Of a stretch of DNA of 64,000 bases, positions 61,951 through 64,000 are shown in pieces. The notes beneath the pieces were generated by a model that was given only the letters and a program-made list of their open reading frames with translations, ran no database searches and was not told the origin of the DNA. Made by a program: the position numbers and the translations under genes. How positions within the stretch are numbered: position 1 is the stretch's first letter; each line of letters begins with the position of its first letter. The stretch is from a virus: positions 1-64,000 of IMG/VR virus record IMGVR_UViG_3300031251_000002; one strand, 5' to 3'.

Positions 61951-62382
61951 ATGATTGCTGTTAGAAAGATGCTCATCGCTACTGCGCTAGCTCTCGCTAG
62001 TGTCGTGGCATGCAAGAAGGCGGCAGCACCAGCCCCGGCTGTTGTTCCCGCCCCGGTCGTATCGGTAGCCCCGAGCGTACCGACTGTCCCGGTCCCACCG
62101 GCTACCCAGCCACCTGTCAAGCAGGTTTGCAAGCCGGGTGAGTCCATCGGTGTCGGCGCGGGCGCGGGCAAGTTCGTGTGCAAGGTTTGCAATTCCGATG
62201 GTACGGCGTGGGGCGCTCCCGGTCCATGCCCGGTAGGCTCACCGGCCCCGGCTCCGAAGCCAACCATCAAGCCTGTCTGCAAAGAAGGCGACAAGACGGG
62301 CGGCGTAGGCGGTCCGAACGGTCAGATCATGTGCAACGTGTGCAAGGGCGGGCAGTGGGTACAGGATCTCGGTTGTAAGTAA
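61951..62382 (+). CDS. Pro/Cys-rich predicted lipoprotein
   Basis: Lipobox-like VVAC; two CKxG...CxVC...W repeats; AGGAGGAG RBS. Confidence 0.78.
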   Translation: MIAVRKMLIATALALASVVACKKAAAPAPAVVPAPVVSVAPSVPTVPVPPATQPPVKQVCKPGESIGVGAGAGKFVCKVCNSDGTAWGAPGPCPVGSPAPAPKPTIKPVCKEGDKTGGVGGPNGQIMCNVCKGGQWVQDLGCK

Positions 62383-62466
62383 CTCCGTAAGCGTCCCGCC
62401 TGCTGTGGGTAACCTAACTAAGAAAGGGGGACTTGCAGAGACGGTAAAGCAGTTAACGGAGGAAAC

Positions 62467-62664
62467 ATGTTCGACAAGCATCGTAAGCACAAGGACGAGG
62501 ACTGTGAGTGTGAGGCACCCTGCAATGAAGAGATTCTCTCTATTGACCTCTTGTTCGACATCTTGGACACGCTGGTAGAGATTAAGGATTTGTTGAAGGG
62601 GATGCAGCCACCGCCACAGGAAGCAAAACTGGTGATCCCAATTGGGACACCAACAGAACAATAA
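62467..62664 (+). CDS. hypothetical protein
   Basis: GGAGG RBS; its C-terminal IPIGTPTEQ resembles LPVGAPVAQ of the next gene. Confidence 0.7.
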   Translation: MFDKHRKHKDEDCECEAPCNEEILSIDLLFDILDTLVEIKDLLKGMQPPPQEAKLVIPIGTPTEQ

Positions 62665-62675
62665 GGAGTTCTACA

Positions 62676-62972
62676 ATGGCAACAGTTCTAACTGACTCAC
62701 AGAAGGTTACGGTCGGCCCGGTTTCGGCAGTTGACGCGAAGGGCAACGCGGCTCCGCTCGGCGGCGCTCTCGTTTTCTCGGCGTCGAATGCCAACGTTAC
62801 CCTAGCCCCGTCTGCCGATGGTCTCTCCTGCGATGTCATCGCGGGTTCGACCCTAGGCGACGTTCAGCTATCGGTTACGGACGGCGTTCTCACCGGCACG
62901 GCGGATTTCACCGTCATCGCTGGTGCTGAGGCGTCCCTGTCCCTCCCGGTCGGCGCTCCGGTAGCCCAGTAA
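62676..62972 (+). CDS. small Ig-like beta-sandwich protein
   Basis: AAGGAG RBS; VDAKGN.......FS.S...V.....DG.S. Confidence 0.72.
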   Translation: MATVLTDSQKVTVGPVSAVDAKGNAAPLGGALVFSASNANVTLAPSADGLSCDVIAGSTLGDVQLSVTDGVLTGTADFTVIAGAEASLSLPVGAPVAQ

Positions 62973-62991
62973 GGTTTCTCAGGTAATCTTT

Positions 62992-63027
62992 GGCCCGCCT
63001 GCTCAATTGGGGCGGGCGGGCCTTTTT
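62992..63027 (+). terminator. intrinsic terminator
   Basis: GGCCCGCC...GGCGGGCC followed by TTTTT. Confidence 0.8.
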
Positions 63028-63038
63028 ACAGGAACGAA

Positions 63039-63431
63039 ATGGACGCCAAGGCACGAGACAAGGCAGAGAAGCTCATCCGGCTCTCCGCTTCTAATCACCA
63101 GAACGAAGCCGATATGGCTGCGCGCAACGCATGCAAGATCATTCGTGAGAATGGCTTTAGCCTGCATGAGCCAGCCCCGACACGTTCTGCGCCACAGGTC
63201 GTCCGTGAAGTGGTTCGGCAGGTTGTCCGCGTCCCAGACCCCGAGAGCTATGATCGTGGCTATCGAACTGGTTACAGTGAGGGAACGAAGCAGCTTCCCC
63301 CGGTGCCAGAGGTTGATATAGAGAAAGAGCGGGCCGCGTACATGGAGGCCGCACAAGCGGATTCGCGCAAGAAGATGCGCGTTGTCATGGAGCTAATGGC
63401 CCTGTTACGGGAAGAGGACAAGTACACGTAA
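63039..63431 (+). CDS. DUF2786-like N-terminal domain protein
   Basis: DKAEKLIRLSAS.HQNEA..A...A.KI. Confidence 0.6.
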   Translation: MDAKARDKAEKLIRLSASNHQNEADMAARNACKIIRENGFSLHEPAPTRSAPQVVREVVRQVVRVPDPESYDRGYRTGYSEGTKQLPPVPEVDIEKERAAYMEAAQADSRKKMRVVMELMALLREEDKYT

Positions 63432-63490
63432 TGGATAGCGCAACACTCTGGTATCTCTATCAGAACTACGGATCGAAGGAAGGCCCTCCG

Positions 63491-64000
63491 ATGAGGGCGA
63501 AGCCTCAGATCAAGCAAGGCGTAGAAGCTGATATGAAGAAGGGCGAGTTCACCATCGAGCGATCTGGTGAGACGCCTGACGGCCAGCAGGTTGTGGTGGC
63601 CACTGTTGACCAGCACGTTGCTTTGATCGTGGACAAAGAGATCAAGGACATGTGGGACATCACCAAGCGCGATGCCGCGCTGGCTGTCTTTGATCGCATG
63701 ATTAAGGTCGGCGCTGAGAAGGTTCGTCCGTACTCGGTAGACGCCAAGCCGGTGGACGAAGCACTCCTTCGGAAAGACGACTTGGAGTTGCTGAAGCACC
63801 TCTGGACGACTGCCAAAGAGAGCAACAACGAGTACGAAAAACACCCGGATATCGAGCATGCGGATAAGGTGATTGTTAACCTGAAGTCCCTAGTAGCCGC
63901 GTGTCAGTCGTACGGTTCGTCAGAGTGGCTGAACGCTGCTCAGACGATCCTCGGTCGTTTGGACAGGCAGACAATGATGGCCGTGGACAACCCCCGTTCG
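63491..64000 (+). CDS. hypothetical protein, runs off the end of the window
   Basis: GAAGGAAGG upstream; open frame MRAKPQIKQGVEADMKKGEF... to the end. Confidence 0.65.
   Translation, partial: MRAKPQIKQGVEADMKKGEFTIERSGETPDGQQVVVATVDQHVALIVDKEIKDMWDITKRDAALAVFDRMIKVGAEKVRPYSVDAKPVDEALLRKDDLELLKHLWTTAKESNNEYEKHPDIEHADKVIVNLKSLVAACQSYGSSEWLNAAQTILGRLDRQTMMAVDNPRS

Overview
This window is a 64-kb slice of a large (jumbo-type, T4-like head) lytic phage genome. It is coded almost entirely on the + strand in the standard code, and no suppressor tRNA or recoding signal is visible. (1) 0-6.2 kb holds a tRNA array of 22 intact-looking CCA-ending tRNAs plus one chimeric remnant. The array is interleaved with HNH and VRR-NUC nucleases, an RLIG1/DUF5565-type RNA ligase and three non-tRNA structured RNAs: a hammerhead ribozyme, a circularly permuted tRNA-like (Y-RNA-like) RNA carrying two near-identical 14-nt loops, and a CCA-ending kissing-loop RNA. 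(2) 12.4-19.4 kb holds a basic peptide, a PAPS-reductase-like enzyme, a ParB-like protein, a possible small terminase, the large terminase, a T4-gp20-like portal and HU. (3) 6-12 kb and 19-55 kb are dense accessory regions of small ORFs, including RtcB, phosphatases, an alarmone hydrolase and an Acb2-like protein, plus large secreted Pro/Thr-rich proteins whose domains suggest an Acidobacteriota host. (4) 55-62 kb holds two giant proteins built from small Zn-finger modules separated by recurring (K/R)xE|A/S/G linkers, which look like prohead-protease-cleaved polyproteins. Five otherwise unrelated small ORFs share an N-terminal (T)PRxT(Q/K)xR(R/K) motif. All protein family calls come from motif recognition by eye, not from database searches.
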